From NCBI GenBank assembly GCA_964106645.2, contig OZ067041.1: a DNA stretch of 64,000 nucleotides. One strand, 5' to 3'. The position numbers were made by a program, and so were the translations under genes. The stretch is from Podarcis pityusensis. Lineage: Eukaryota. This document shows positions 23,991-36,067 of the stretch, one piece after another. Each line of letters begins with the position of its first letter. The first letter of the stretch is position 1. The notes under the pieces were generated by a model. It was not told where the DNA came from and did no database searches. It worked only from the letters and a program-made list of their open reading frames with translations.

Positions 23991-25394
23991 TACCAAAAGG
24001 CACTGCATTACTTTGTCCCGTGATTTGGCTTCCAGCAAACAAGCCCTCTCCGCTATTTTTCCAGCCTAGGAAGAGCGGTCTGAATCCAGACTGCAAACAG
24101 CTAATCTAAAAGTTTCTATTCCCGCAGCTGGTAGACTCATTTCTTCCCTGCTGCTGATTTATGGCCAATTGTCCTTATCTCAAACACATTCCTTTGTGGA
24201 TAATGGTTAGGGAGGACTTTGCTCCAAATTTTGAAAGTGTAGCATTCCCACCCCTTCCCTCTCAGTTCCTTTCTCTCACGCAGTTCCAGTTTTGTTAAAT
24301 TATATTCCAATTTCTTCCTTCCTCACGTGTGTGTGTGTATGTCTATATATATATACTTGCATTCCAGGGAGGGTTGCCGTATCATAAATGTAGAGAAAAA
24401 CTTTGATATAAGCAAACTGTGGACTCCTCTCCCCCCATCATCTCTTTTACCAATTAAAATCCCCTCTCAATCCAAACCTTTAAAATCCTTGTAGCTGGGT
24501 TCGTTTTTGCAGTTTCTTATCTCATCTTCTCCAGCACGTGCCTGTAGTTTACTCCAATTTTTTAAAAAACCAAATTAGCAGGATAACTGGTGCTTCCAGG
24601 AATGGGATGGGGGGGGGTGTCGTGGCAGCCGGAGTACTCCATGCACCCAGTGCCTTTGCCTCTCCTCACATTCCATGGGGAAGCGAGTGCCAGACTGCCA
24701 GGCAAACTGCAGGTAAAGGCCAGGTTCCTCTTCCAACCTAAGAGGAATACAGAAAATGCAATTCCATCATTTTCTGATTATCTCAGTCTGTCTCTCTCCG
24801 TGGTGTTGAGAGAGGCATCCATCCCCTGGTGCACAGGAAACAGGAAGCCTCAAAGACACTAATCTAAATACATTTCCCACTGGAAGCAGGTGCTTTGTCT
24901 CACTATTGGCATCATTTGAAATGCTATTTTGAACATTTGCAGCTTTAAGTGAGGAAAATGAGCACAAAGGGACACAGGAAGGTGGATGCATCGCCTATTC
25001 CATCACTCCGAATGAATGTCTAGGGAAGGAACTCGCATTGACTCTCTATGGAGTAAATGCATCTTCAGTTGCACCATCAAAGCCCACATTTCAGTTCACA
25101 CCCTGCCTCCCCAAATGAGCTGCTCTCCCTCCGTGACAAAAGCTTCTAATGAAGAACCATCCGCTAGCGATGCTCAAACAACCCTCTGTTAAAATTGTAC
25201 GTGAGCCACTAATTACAACCTTCCTTCATAATTAAAAAATAATTAAATAAAAATCTCCCCCGTCCATCCCAAGACTTTAAATAAATGAATGGCCTTGGGA
25301 TGTTTTGGAGCCTGTGTTCTCATCGTGCCTCTGGGGTTGTATTGAACAGAAGGAAGGCAGCAACACACTGCCAAACAACTGCATGATATTTCTC

Positions 25395-25735
25395 ATTGCG
25401 GTCCCAGTCGCAATACCTCCCCATCTCCTCCGGTCTATTACTACGACAGGAGACACTCAGGCAGAGCACAATCGGGATTAAAAATGGCCACAACTTTATT
25501 GATTACAGGTGTAGGTGGAAGTTTGGCTCAGACATTGGGTGTACATCCATTTCAGCCTCCTGCCAGAGGGCTGGAACTGCTTCAGGGTGTTGCTGTGGAT
25601 TATGGCCTCCACAAGACATCGATCTACTGAGGTGGCTGTCCTAAGGCTGCTGTTGGAAGCCCTGTGGCTCGCCTGCCCCATGCTTGGCTTCGGCCAACCG
25701 TGCTGTAACAGCCATTTGTACATAAATGGCTGACC
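25395..25735 (-). mobile_element. Possible DIRS/Ngaro-like terminal-repeat remnant
   Basis: Minus-strand aataaagttgtggccatttt motif in a GC-richer block; family call from recall only. Confidence 0.3.
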
Positions 25736-27981
25736 CCATAAAGAAATAAGAAAATTAAAATAATCAACCATCTGTTATGGAAATATATATTCTTAATTGC
25801 CTGCAGAAGCCTGACAAGGTAGAAAACTTTTCAGCAGGTGTTTAGAAGTTGAAACAGAAGGTGCCTGCCGAATCTCTATTGGCAGAATATTGCACAAAAC
25901 TGGGGCGGTGACACTAACAGTTCAGATTCTTGTCAAATGAACCTCTCCAATTCAAGGAATTACCTGTGATGCTCCTGCAGATGATCTCACAGACTGAAAT
26001 ATGAGGGTTCAGGTGGTCTCTAAAGTACCCTTGGACCTAACTTGTTTGGGGCTGTTAAAAGCAATACAAGGTATTGATGGTTGGTTGTTGATGAGATTAC
26101 ATATTAGAAGTCTGTCAAAATCAAATCATGAAGAGATGTCTATGTACGTTAGGTAATTGTATTTATATGCAGATTTCACATTCTGTATAAAAAAATGATC
26201 CCCCCCATCATTTCTCATTGAAATGATCTGAATGGGAAGCGAGAATGAAAATTCACCAATATCTATAGATATTAGTTTCTGCTCTATGGTAACCCTTTAC
26301 TTAGTTTGCCACAGCATTCCTGAATTATACAACTGAATCATAATTGCCTGCCACTGTCTCTGTACAGAAGAGGATCAGAAAGAGTGGGCTGTTCCTTTTT
26401 CTTCTTGTGTTTAATTATAACTTTTCAAAACATTTTTTCTTGAAAGTGCATTATGGATTTCTAAGAGAATTAAGTTTCAACAAGGCTAATTGTTGCTGGA
26501 AAATACTTAGAGGAGGAAGAAAGAGATTAAAAACGGTCCTTCCAACTCGGCGGCAAGAATGAACTTTTAAATCTCCTATGCATGGTGGTACACATGAGGT
26601 TGCAGAAGAGACCCGGTACATGGGAAATTAATCATGCTATCTCCATCTGACAGCTCAAGTGATTAGTGTGCAGAGACCTTTCATATCTCAAACTAGCAGC
26701 ACATAAATTTGATCAACTTTAGGCAGCCGACATCCGTTATATAAAGTCATATTGTAGCAGGAACCTAAGCCTCTCAGTGATAGTGCTGTGCTAATTTACT
26801 GCCTAAGTAACAATGGCTGAGGGGGACAAAAGTCATCTTCCATTTGGCTGGCAATCATGCAGGTTTCGTTTCTATTTAGAGAGTCTTTGTATCTCTAGCC
26901 AAGCTAAGATCAGAAAGCAACCATTTAATTGATGAATTTGGAACCTCTTTTGATGTTTCTCCTGCTTTCTCATTCCAGGAGCAAAACCACAATTTCCTTT
27001 GCATTTCTAAGGGAAATTAGTAGAAGGTGCATGTATGCTGAATATCTGCCTTATTTGTGATTATATTAATTTGCTGTGCACAATGTCTTCCATTCTGAAG
27101 GTGATTGAATGCTGGAGCCAGGGTTGGATCCAGACGCAGTTCTCTTTCTATTCCACTTTTACACTTATATCTGCACCTTTCCTTCAAGGAACTCAAAGCG
27201 CCATGCCTTATTCTTCTCCACTCCTATTTATCCTCACAACAACCACATGATGTAGATTGGACGGAGAGACAGGACCTGGCCCAAATCTTGAGCTTCACAA
27301 TCTTAGGTACCACTGAAATCAACTGGGCAAGATAGTCACAAATTCACATAAGGCCCATTGCTTTCAGCGAGAACTCAGTTCCACAAACTTAGTCTGGCTA
27401 CAACTCAGAGTGAATACCTTTATGATCATGGGGTATCCATCTTCCCAGGTCACCAATGCCTACTGATGTCAGTGGTCAAGATGGCGGAGGCTTCATGTGC
27501 ATTTTTGAACCCTGATTTTCCAGGGTACTAAATTGCACAGGAAACATCTGTGAGCATGCTTCAGAGGTTGGATCTCCAATTTGTGGAAGGTGACTGTGAT
27601 GTGATCAAGAGCACCCTCTCCCCATGCTTACTTAATATGGAACTAGAATGCCTGAAGAGGACAAGTGCCTTAGTGTACAGTTTGCTTGGGACCGAAGCAC
27701 TCACTACAGTAAGAGGCTGCACTATATTGAGACAGCCCATTAGTCCATCTAATTCCTCTTTCCTCTTATGGGCAGCATCTCTCCATTGCATCTGGTAGAC
27801 AGGTTTCCTGGAACTGCTGTCGGGGTGTACTTTTTAACTGCTATCGAATCTAGAACCTTTGCATTTTCGCAAGTTATCTACATTCTCTGACATTTCTGGA
27901 CCAGAGGTTAGACAGGCTAGAGAACTGATCTTTGTTCTTCCAGCTCCCACAACCTCACAGACTCATAGATTTTCTTCTGTC

Positions 27982-28113
27982 TCATAGACTCACAGAATTG
28001 TAGAGCTGGAGGGTCATTTAGTTTAACCCACTGCGTTGCAAGAATCTTTTGCCCAATGTGGGGCTCGAACCCACGACCTTGAGATTCTCATGCTCTACTG
28101 ACTGAGCTCCAGC
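27982..28113 (-). mobile_element. tRNA-Lys-derived SINE with CR1 tail
   Basis: Homologous to 21927-22050 and includes the head gctcagtcagtagagcatgaga. Confidence 0.78.
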
Positions 28114-28214
28114 TGTTCATGTAAAAGCTCCCCCATTCAGTGCCTCTCATCTCTGCACAGAGCAGGGAAAGGAATAATGTTTGTAACTCTGCAGCGCTGC
28201 CTTGCTGGCAAAGC

Positions 28215-28474
28215 AAGAAGAAGAAGAAGAAGAGGAGTTTGGATTTGATATCCCACTTTATCACTACCCTAAGGAGTCTCAAAGCAGCTCACAATCTCCT
28301 TTCCCTTCCTCCCCCACAACAAACACTCTGTGAGGTGAGTGGGGCTGAGAGACTTCAGAGAAGTGTGACTGGCCCAAGGTCACCCAGCAGCTGCATGTGG
28401 AGGAGCGGAGACGCAAACCCGGTTCACCAGATTACGAGTCCACCGCTCTTAACCACTACACCACACTGGCTCTC
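28215..28474 (-). mobile_element. Squam3-type SINE
   Basis: (CTT)n tail and tRNA head gagagccagtgtggtgtagtggttaagagcgg on the minus strand. Confidence 0.88.
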
Positions 28475-29153
28475 GGAACATGGAACAAAGGGTGTTCCAG
28501 AACAAATGCTGTGGCAGAGCATTTTTCACCTCTGTACCCTAGGCTGGTTTTTGTACACACCTTTTATTCTAACCTCCATCCAGACAAGCAAGACTTCAAG
28601 AACACTTTCCAGCCAGGCCCAAACATGGTGAGGTGAGAGGTATTGCTTGATGGAGGGATGTGGTTTGAGGAGAATGAGGAGGACCAGGTAAACAAGATGT
28701 TGGATATCATATTTCCCATCTAATTTATTCAAGTCACTGATAGTTGTTCCAGCTGTCTCAGCTAAGCTACATGGCGAGCAGTTGTGCCACCAGAGTGGAA
28801 GCAGACATTTATTCAAATGCTGTTGCTGCACATGCTGATTTGTATCTGTGACGATGGCTGGGGAAGAAGTTGGTTCTTTGGATTAATCCCTACTGCAAGG
28901 AACTGTAAAAGAAAAGAGGGAGATTGATCAAGAAGCTTAATTACTGCTGCGACATTAAAAAGGGCACATTGTTGTTTCTGAAATGAAGTCCCTTGTGCTA
29001 CCATCTCCCAGGTAACCAAGGAATTCAGAAGGCAGCAGCCTCTTCAGGGAGAACGTTTCAAAACAGTTTTCACCCTCCTCTATAATTTATCACTGATTCA
29101 TCAGTCAGTAGATTGGAGATCCTTAAAGAAAGGGACAAATGGCTGTACCAACA

Positions 29154-29468
29154 GAAAATTTGATTATAACTGGAATATTGTTATATGGAATAATGATATT
29201 GGAAACTGCTACATTCTATTACAAGGAAGTTCAGTTGGAAGAGGTTAGAGGAAGTCAAGTAATATGTTTATGAAGTTGGAGTTTAACCAATTAATTAAGT
29301 CTTATTTATGTATGTGGTGATATATGTGGGGTTTGTAACATTTTATTTTCTTCATTTTCTTTTTCTTTTTCTCCCTTCCCCCCCCCCTATTGGTTTTTCT
29401 TTCTTTATTATGTTATAGTTATGTTTTTATATGAAACTGAATAAATATTATTGGAAAAACAAAACAAA
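29154..29468 (+). mobile_element. Retroposed 3'-UTR-like insert (L1-type) with 19-bp TSD
   Basis: acaaatggctgtaccaaca at 29135-29153 and 29469-29487; AATAAA followed by an A-rich (AAAAC)n tail. Confidence 0.75.
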
Positions 29469-30045
29469 ACAAATGGCTGTACCAACAACCATGACAAGCA
29501 TGACAGCAGCATGGGAAACAAGGTCAAATCCAGTCCATCACCATTTTGCAGGAGCGATTCAAGCACATACTGGAAATTGAGGTTTGCACAACTGAAGCAG
29601 ATTAAAGTGCTCCGTTGCCCTAGTGCAACAAATCTACTTTATTTTTTTTAAAAAATAAATGGGCTTTTTGCTGTTAAGAAAGTGATGGGAAAATGCACTG
29701 GAAAGTGTGGGATGAATGTAATGACAAGACATGGGCACACCCTGAAGCAAAATCATAATGAACGCTTATTGTCGTAAAACTCAGGTGGGAGGGGTATAAA
29801 TAATACAGTTATTAATTGAAATCATTAACCTCCCTGCAAACAAATCAGAACAAATGCTCAATCCAGAGCGAACATAGCCTCACCTGCACAAAAGCTTTGT
29901 ACAAGCAGATCAGGATGAATGCTCAATAAAGTGGTTGCTTGGTGGGGACTCAAGTGAATTGCCAAAGGGAATAATAGGAAAACTAAGACTCATTTTAAAA
30001 CTAAAGAAAATAATACAATTAAGAACCTGTGAAATTTTCCACGTA

Positions 30046-30267
30046 CAGTGGTACCTCAGGTTACATACGCTTCAGGATACATACGCTTCAGGTTACAGAC
30101 TCCGCTAACCCAGAAATATTACCTTGGGTTAAGAACTTTGCTTCAGGATGAGAACAGAAATCGTGTTTCGGCGCTGCGGCAGCAGCAGGAGGCCCCACTA
30201 GCTAAAGTGGTGCTTCAGGTTAATGGACCTCCGGAACGAATTAAGTACTTAACCCGAGGTACCACTG
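30046..30267 (+). mobile_element. Tigger/pogo-like MITE family A
   Basis: TA TSD and cagtggtacctc TIRs. Confidence 0.9.
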
Positions 30268-30883
30268 TATATGGAGAGGCACAATTTTGTGCTGATATTG
30301 CATTATCCCAAAGGCTAGCAGCTTCCATCACTTCCTGTTATGGTTTGGCTAGTTGTAAAATTGGTCCTACGAATGTGCCAATTGCAGGTGTACATTATGA
30401 TACAATCTACTTCTTGAAGAATTGCAGGAGACAGTAGTTAGCGGTTTGTGTTGAAGCATTCAGAAAGCTGCCTCAATAGACACAAATGCTCTGTCAAGCA
30501 ATAGGTATGCAATTTCCTCACAATTTTGTATATTACTTGTATCCTAAATTTATAATTTAGGATTTTGTACTTAATCCACAAATCTGTTCCATTGGTGGGT
30601 TCTTGGATTTAATGTTTCTTGTACAAGATGCTGGCAGGACTGCCTCATGCTGGCAACACAAGGTTGAGTTTTGTGTACCACAATCTGTACAAAATCAGGA
30701 AAGTAGGAAAGTAGGTACACATGTGGAAGCCATAAGCAGAAGATGCATGAATATTCTTGGAGATGATGCTATAAATGCCATAGGATGTTGGACTCCCAAC
30801 TCCTATCGGCCCCAGTCAGGATGGCCAATAGTCAAAGATGATGGAGTTGTGGTTCAGCAACATCTGGAGAGAACTACATTAGC

Positions 30884-31018
30884 CAGGCATAGGCAAACTT
30901 GGCCCTCCAGATGTTTTGGGACTACAATTCCCATCATCCCTGACCACTGGTCCTGTTAGCTAGGGATCATGGGAGTTGTTGTCCCAAAACATCTGGAGGG
31001 TGAGTTTGCCTATGCCTG
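30884..31018. mobile_element. Young hAT MITE with 8-bp TSD, nested in an older relative (~30770-31035)
   Basis: TIR caggcataggcaaact / agtttgcctatgcctg; TSD acattagc (30876-30883 / 31019-31026). Confidence 0.9.
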
Positions 31019-32220
31019 ACATTAGCTATACCTGGCATAGAACAATAAAGGCAAAATGTGGACATTGATGTGACTTTATTGGCAGTTTTGCTAGTGCACA
31101 GTTTCTTAAGATTACCCCCTCATTAGGTTACTGAAATCATTTTGAAGCTAATAAGACCAGTTTAGGATAGACTGCTGGGGTTTTTTTCCTAGTCCTAAAA
31201 ACATTTGTTACAATTAAGTCAGTTGCAAGTATCTGGACTTAGATATGGGCAACTCGACCCCTCAGGATTTAGGATGTTCTATTTCAATTAGAACCTATAA
31301 TCTGATTCAGTTTAAAAATGTAGGCTTCCTTATGAAGTGCCACTGTATTATTAACCTTAAGGAAAGTGATAGAATAAACCTTCCTCCTTCATCTTTTTTT
31401 TTTTGTCTACACCAAAGATCTTAATTTTTGAAAGCTGTGTTGATACTGATGACTGGGCATCATTATTGGATAGCTTTTACCTGGGTAAACAAAAACAAGT
31501 TTTGTTTGTCTCTAGATTTATTTTTCAGATGAAATCTAATGATGGTCTTGATTTGGTTTCAACCCTCTCTATAACAAGAAATAAAGAGAAAGGAAATGGC
31601 AAATAAACAAGAGTGGAAAGGTACCTAAGAGCTGGCACATACGTTTTCCTAAATGGTGAAAAGCAATTTTCAACCTTCCACTGTTCAGTTTCAAAATAAC
31701 CATAAAAATAAAGTCCAATGAAACGATAAGGTTAGTAAAAGAACATCCATACTCTGAAATATAACTCTGCTGCATTTAACACAGGTGCTTTAAAAGGCTG
31801 GTGATCTCATCTCGGGAAAATATAATAGGTTTAGAAAAGGTATATGAAGGCAGGGGGAAGACAGATGACTAGTGAAATGGAATAGTTTTCAGATATAGGT
31901 ACTGTATGATGGTCAGGTACGAGGAATGGTTTATGAGAGAGGGATAAATGGAAGGCAAAAAGAATATAAGGGGGCTCCAAAGGGTTCCACACAAACCTGG
32001 GATAAGCTGTTCAACAATAAAGCTGGAAACGCTGAAAATAAGGACAAAAGAGGATAGATTTGCATTAAAAGAAACAATTTGTATTATATGCTGATTTATG
32101 CAAATTTAGAAATGATTTACATTTGCTGTAATTTAAACAGATCTGCGGCACTGTGGTTAAGAAGGCTGTAACTAGCCTGATTGGTAAAGAAAAAGCGTTT
32201 TATACGCATTCTAACACTGT

Positions 32221-32237
32221 TACGCCAGATGGCGCTG
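32221..32237 (+). promoter_or_regulatory. CTCF-like motif
   Basis: tacgccagatggcgctg matches the CTCF core (CCAG[G/A][T/G]GGCGC) in a locally CpG-retaining patch. Confidence 0.4.
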
Positions 32238-32583
32238 TGGAGTTCCGTTTTCGCCAACCTGATTTCTCATACAAAGTTAACTGAAACGCTGCTTTGATGC
32301 GTATAGATCCAGCCCAGGTGACCTGTATGTTTGCTTGTTCTGCTGCCCAGGCACTGCTAAGTGTGGCGGGGCAATGTCAAGGCCTCTGCTCTTCCATCTT
32401 ACGTTTCTTTGATGAGATGTGGAGTGGGCAGATATTTCAAATAGAGGACTGCCCTCTAACATACTTAAATCAATCGATCGTAGGCCAGACTGAAGTGGTG
32501 GGGTGGACAGTGGCATTCTGAAGAGAAATCCTGGATGAATAGAGGCCCCAAGGCTTTTTGGCTGATAGTCTCATAGGATTATA

Positions 32584-32587
<4 letters not shown>

Positions 32588-32626
<39 letters not shown>
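32588..32626. repeat. (TA)n microsatellite
   Basis: Direct reading. Confidence 0.95.
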
Positions 32627-32630
<4 letters not shown>

Positions 32631-33517
32631 ATTCCGAAGCAGCTGAGCCTTTTATGATTTGCTTTATAATTTATGAGCTTTGAATGTTGGCATTGCTACA
32701 CACAGATATTCCCCCCATGAGGAATACTAGATTGCACTAATCTGTCAATCAAGAAGCCTGTGATTTTTCTTTATTGACCAGTAAGTTACTTGCAATTTGT
32801 TTTCTTAACACAAAAATCATAAAATCTAGAGAGGGAAAATACTTTCTCTGACACCTAATTCATCTTGCTTGCTAGGGCAGCACAGTTTCCCTTTGATCAT
32901 TAATCTATTAGTGATATTTTCCCCATAAAGTTTCAACGGTGCTCAGCAATGGAGCTCCCATAACTTACAGTGAAACGTCCTTCTTCTCTGGTGGCATTTT
33001 GTGATTGTATCTCACTAGAAAAAAACAGGGAAATGCTCATCTTGACAATGAATGTCAAGATGACTACTAAAACATTCAATGTAAGATGTAGGAAGAAGGA
33101 TAGATCCTTTCACTCAATATATGGTAATTTCTTTATATGTGTATTTACCATATGTATGGTGATCATCTAATAATCTGTATACTTCTATCTCATGGCCTAA
33201 ACAGACCCAATGCACAAGATCCATGATCAGATCAGATGTTATTTTATTTTGTCATTTTAAGGCACTTTCAATGGACTCCGTTGGCAGCGGGCTGGGGGGA
33301 AGGGAGGTGTTTAACCTTTTCTCGCCAAACCATTTCTTCAATATTAATCTCTGTGAAGGGATCAAAACGTCTGCAAGTTATACCGTACCTGAGGTCTTTC
33401 TGAGCTCAGGTGGGTATACTGGCTTTCTGTTTGGTCCTAACTTCTTCCTTATTTCTCAGTCCTGCCTTTGGCTTTGCTCTTCATTCCTGACTGCTCCCTC
33501 AACTCCATCTCCTCAGA

Positions 33518-34035
33518 GTATTGCGGAAGAATGATGTCAATCAACAATTGATGATCTCCTTCTACCGGTCAACAGTAAAAAGTGTCCTTTCATACTACAT
33601 CACGGTGTGGTACGCTGGTTTGACATCATCTGATAGGAAGTGCCTACAGAGGGTGGTGAATACAGCACAAGATATTATGGGCTGTCCCGTGAATCCACTG
33701 GATGAAATAGCAGAAGAACGCTGCCTCAGGAGAGAGAGGAAAATTCTCAGGGATGATTCACACCCTGGCCAGCACTTTCTTGATCTCCTGCCCTCAGGCA
33801 GAAGATATAGAAGCATGATTAGTCGCACCAACAAAGTAAAGAACAGCTTCTATCTGTGGGCTGTTAGGCTGCTGAATGAAAAGATAACAAAAGGGCAACA
33901 GACTTTCGGGTTTGGTGTGCGTGCATCAGTAAATGAGGGGAATTAAGACTAAGAGAGCTGAGTGGGGGTGCTCGTGTAATCTCATTGTATACAAGTTGTA
34001 CAAGTGACAATAAAGTATTTCAATTTCAATTTCAA
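33518..34035 (+). mobile_element. Rex1/Babar-clade LINE 3' fragment
   Basis: ORF FYRSTVKSVLSYYITVWY...LQRVVNTA...DDSHPG...LLPSGRRYRS...NSFY..AVRLLN; AATAAA and (TTCAAT)n tail. Confidence 0.85.
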
Positions 34036-34168
34036 CTTCCCAGCTCCTGGGCTCCTGGCTCCTCACTCATCTCAAACAGCTGCCTACAGTCTAGTCAATA
34101 GCACTCATTGGGTAAAATAAAAAAAATCCTTCCAGTAGCACCTTTAAGACCAACTAAGTTAGTTCTTG

Positions 34169-34206
34169 GTATGAGCTTTCGTGTGCAAGCACACTTCTTC
34201 AGATAC
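34169..34206 (-). ncRNA. Minimal type I hammerhead ribozyme in the Penelope pLTR (left arm)
   Basis: Reverse complement of 36030-36067. Confidence 0.75.
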
Positions 34207-34386
34207 ACTGAAACAGAAGTTGCCAGATCCTTCTATATAGTGAGAAGGTGGGGAGGGGTATTACTCAGAAGGGTGGTGGGAATGGGAGATTGGCAGATAG
34301 CTGAGATGAGCCTGCTGACGACTCTTAACGACTGTAATAGGTCTTACAGGAAAAGGCAAGGGGTGAGAAGGTGAGAAATGGCTTAG

Positions 34387-35058
34387 TCATGTATAATGGG
34401 ATAAGAATCCAATGTCTTTGTTCAAACCAGGTCTCTCCATGGTTTTAAGTTTGGTAATGAGTTGCAATTCAGCAGCTTCTCTTTCCAGTCTATTTCTGAA
34501 ATTCCTTTGTAGTAAAACAGCTACTTTGAGATCTTGTATAGAATGTCCTGGGAGATTGAAGTGTTCTCCTACTGGTTTCTCTGTTTTGTGATTCTTGATG
34601 TCAGATTTATGTCCATTTATTCTTTGGCGTAAGGTTTGGCCTGTTTGTCCAATATAGAGAGCTGAAGGACACTGTTGGCATTTGATGCCATACACAATGT
34701 TAGATGATGAGCAACTGAATAGTCCCGAGATGGTATGTGTGATGTTGTTGGGGCCAGTAATGGTGTTGTCCGGGTGTATGTGGCAGCAAAGTTGGCATCT
34801 GGGTTTATTGCAGGCTCTGGTGCCAGTGTCCGTGTTAAGTCTGGTTGTAGTATTATTGTGGGTTAGGAGTTGTTTAAGATTGGGTGGCTGTCTGTAGGCA
34901 ATGAAAGGTCTTCCTCCCAGAGCTTGAGAAAGAGAACTGTCATTGTCCAGGAGAGGTTGTAGATCTCTGATGATGCGTTGTACTGTTTTAACTTGGGAGC
35001 TGTATGTGATGACTAGAGGTGTTCTGTTATTTTCTTTTTTGGGTCTGTCTTGCAGCAA
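34387..35058 (-). CDS. Penelope ORF C-terminus: RT thumb/linker plus GIY-YIG endonuclease (5'-truncated)
   Basis: CxxxRCxxC motif, NIVYGIKC...LYIGQT, LRQRINGH, REAAE and GLN motifs. Confidence 0.88.
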   Translation of the reverse strand: MLQDRPKKENNRTPLVITYSSQVKTVQRIIRDLQPLLDNDSSLSQALGGRPFIAYRQPPNLKQLLTHNNTTTRLNTDTGTRACNKPRCQLCCHIHPDNTITGPNNITHTISGLFSCSSSNIVYGIKCQQCPSALYIGQTGQTLRQRINGHKSDIKNHKTEKPVGEHFNLPGHSIQDLKVAVLLQRNFRNRLEREAAELQLITKLKTMERPGLNKDIGFLSHYT

Positions 35059-35177
35059 GTTCTCTCTGGGTATAAGTCTGGCTCTGTTGATCTGTTGTCT
35101 AACTTCATCTGCTAAAATACCCAGCAGATGAAGTTAGACAACAGATCAACAGAGCCAGACTTATACCCAGAGAGAAC

Positions 35178-35849
35178 TTGCTGCAAGACAGACCCAAAAA
35201 AGAAAATAACAGAACACCTCTAGTCATCACATACAGCTCCCAAGTTAAAACAGTACAACGCATCATCAGAGATCTACAACCTCTCCTGGACAATGACAGT
35301 TCTCTTTCTCAAGCTCTGGGAGGAAGACCTTTCATTGCCTACAGACAGCCACCCAATCTTAAACAACTCCTAACCCACAATAATACTACAACCAGACTTA
35401 ACACGGACACTGGCACCAGAGCCTGCAATAAACCCAGATGCCAACTTTGCTGCCACATACACCCGGACAACACCATTACTGGCCCCAACAACATCACACA
35501 TACCATCTCGGGACTATTCAATTGCTCATCATCTAACATTGTGTATGGCATCAAATGCCAACAGTGTCCTTCAGCTCTCTATATTGGACAAACAGGCCAA
35601 ACCTTACGCCAAAGAATAAATGGACATAAATCTGACATCAAGAATCACAAAACAGAGAAACCAGTAGGAGAACACTTCAATCTCCCAGGACATTCTATAC
35701 AAGATCTCAAAGTAGCTGTTTTACTACAAAGGAATTTCAGAAATAGACTGGAAAGAGAAGCTGCTGAATTGCAACTCATTACCAAACTTAAAACCATGGA
35801 GAGACCTGGTTTGAACAAAGACATTGGATTCTTATCCCATTATACATGA
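35178..35849 (+). CDS. Penelope ORF C-terminus: GIY-YIG endonuclease (mirror copy)
   Basis: Same 223 aa as the minus copy except one S/N difference. Confidence 0.88.
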   Translation: MLQDRPKKENNRTPLVITYSSQVKTVQRIIRDLQPLLDNDSSLSQALGGRPFIAYRQPPNLKQLLTHNNTTTRLNTDTGTRACNKPRCQLCCHIHPDNTITGPNNITHTISGLFNCSSSNIVYGIKCQQCPSALYIGQTGQTLRQRINGHKSDIKNHKTEKPVGEHFNLPGHSIQDLKVAVLLQRNFRNRLEREAAELQLITKLKTMERPGLNKDIGFLSHYT

Positions 35850-36029
35850 CTAAGCCATTTCTCACCTTCTCACCCCTTGCCTTTTCCTGTAAGACCTATT
35901 ACAGTCGTTAAGAGTCGTCAGCAGGCTCATCTCAGCTATCTGCCAATCTCCCATTCCCACCACCCTTCTGAGTAATACCCCTCCCCACCTTCTCACTATA
36001 TAGAAGGATCTGGCAACTTCTGTTTCAGT

Positions 36030-36067
36030 GTATCTGAAGAAGTGTGCTTGCACACGAAAGCTCATAC
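36030..36067 (+). ncRNA. Minimal type I hammerhead ribozyme in the Penelope pLTR (right arm)
   Basis: GUAU-CUGAAGA-A-GUGUGC(UU)GCACAC-GAAA-GC-UC-AUAC gives the core, stem II, stem I GUAU/AUAC and a palindromic AGCU stem III. Confidence 0.78.

Noticed and set aside
23485-24570. Minus-strand L1/Tx1 remnant
   Set aside because: Composition and a polyA signal are suggestive, but it is too decayed for me to support a family or boundaries
28140-28631. 163-aa ORF
   Set aside because: Read-through of an antisense Squam3 SINE and its (AAG)n tail
34682-35554. Mirror-image small ORF pairs (71 aa and 62 aa)
   Set aside because: Antisense by-products of the Penelope palindrome
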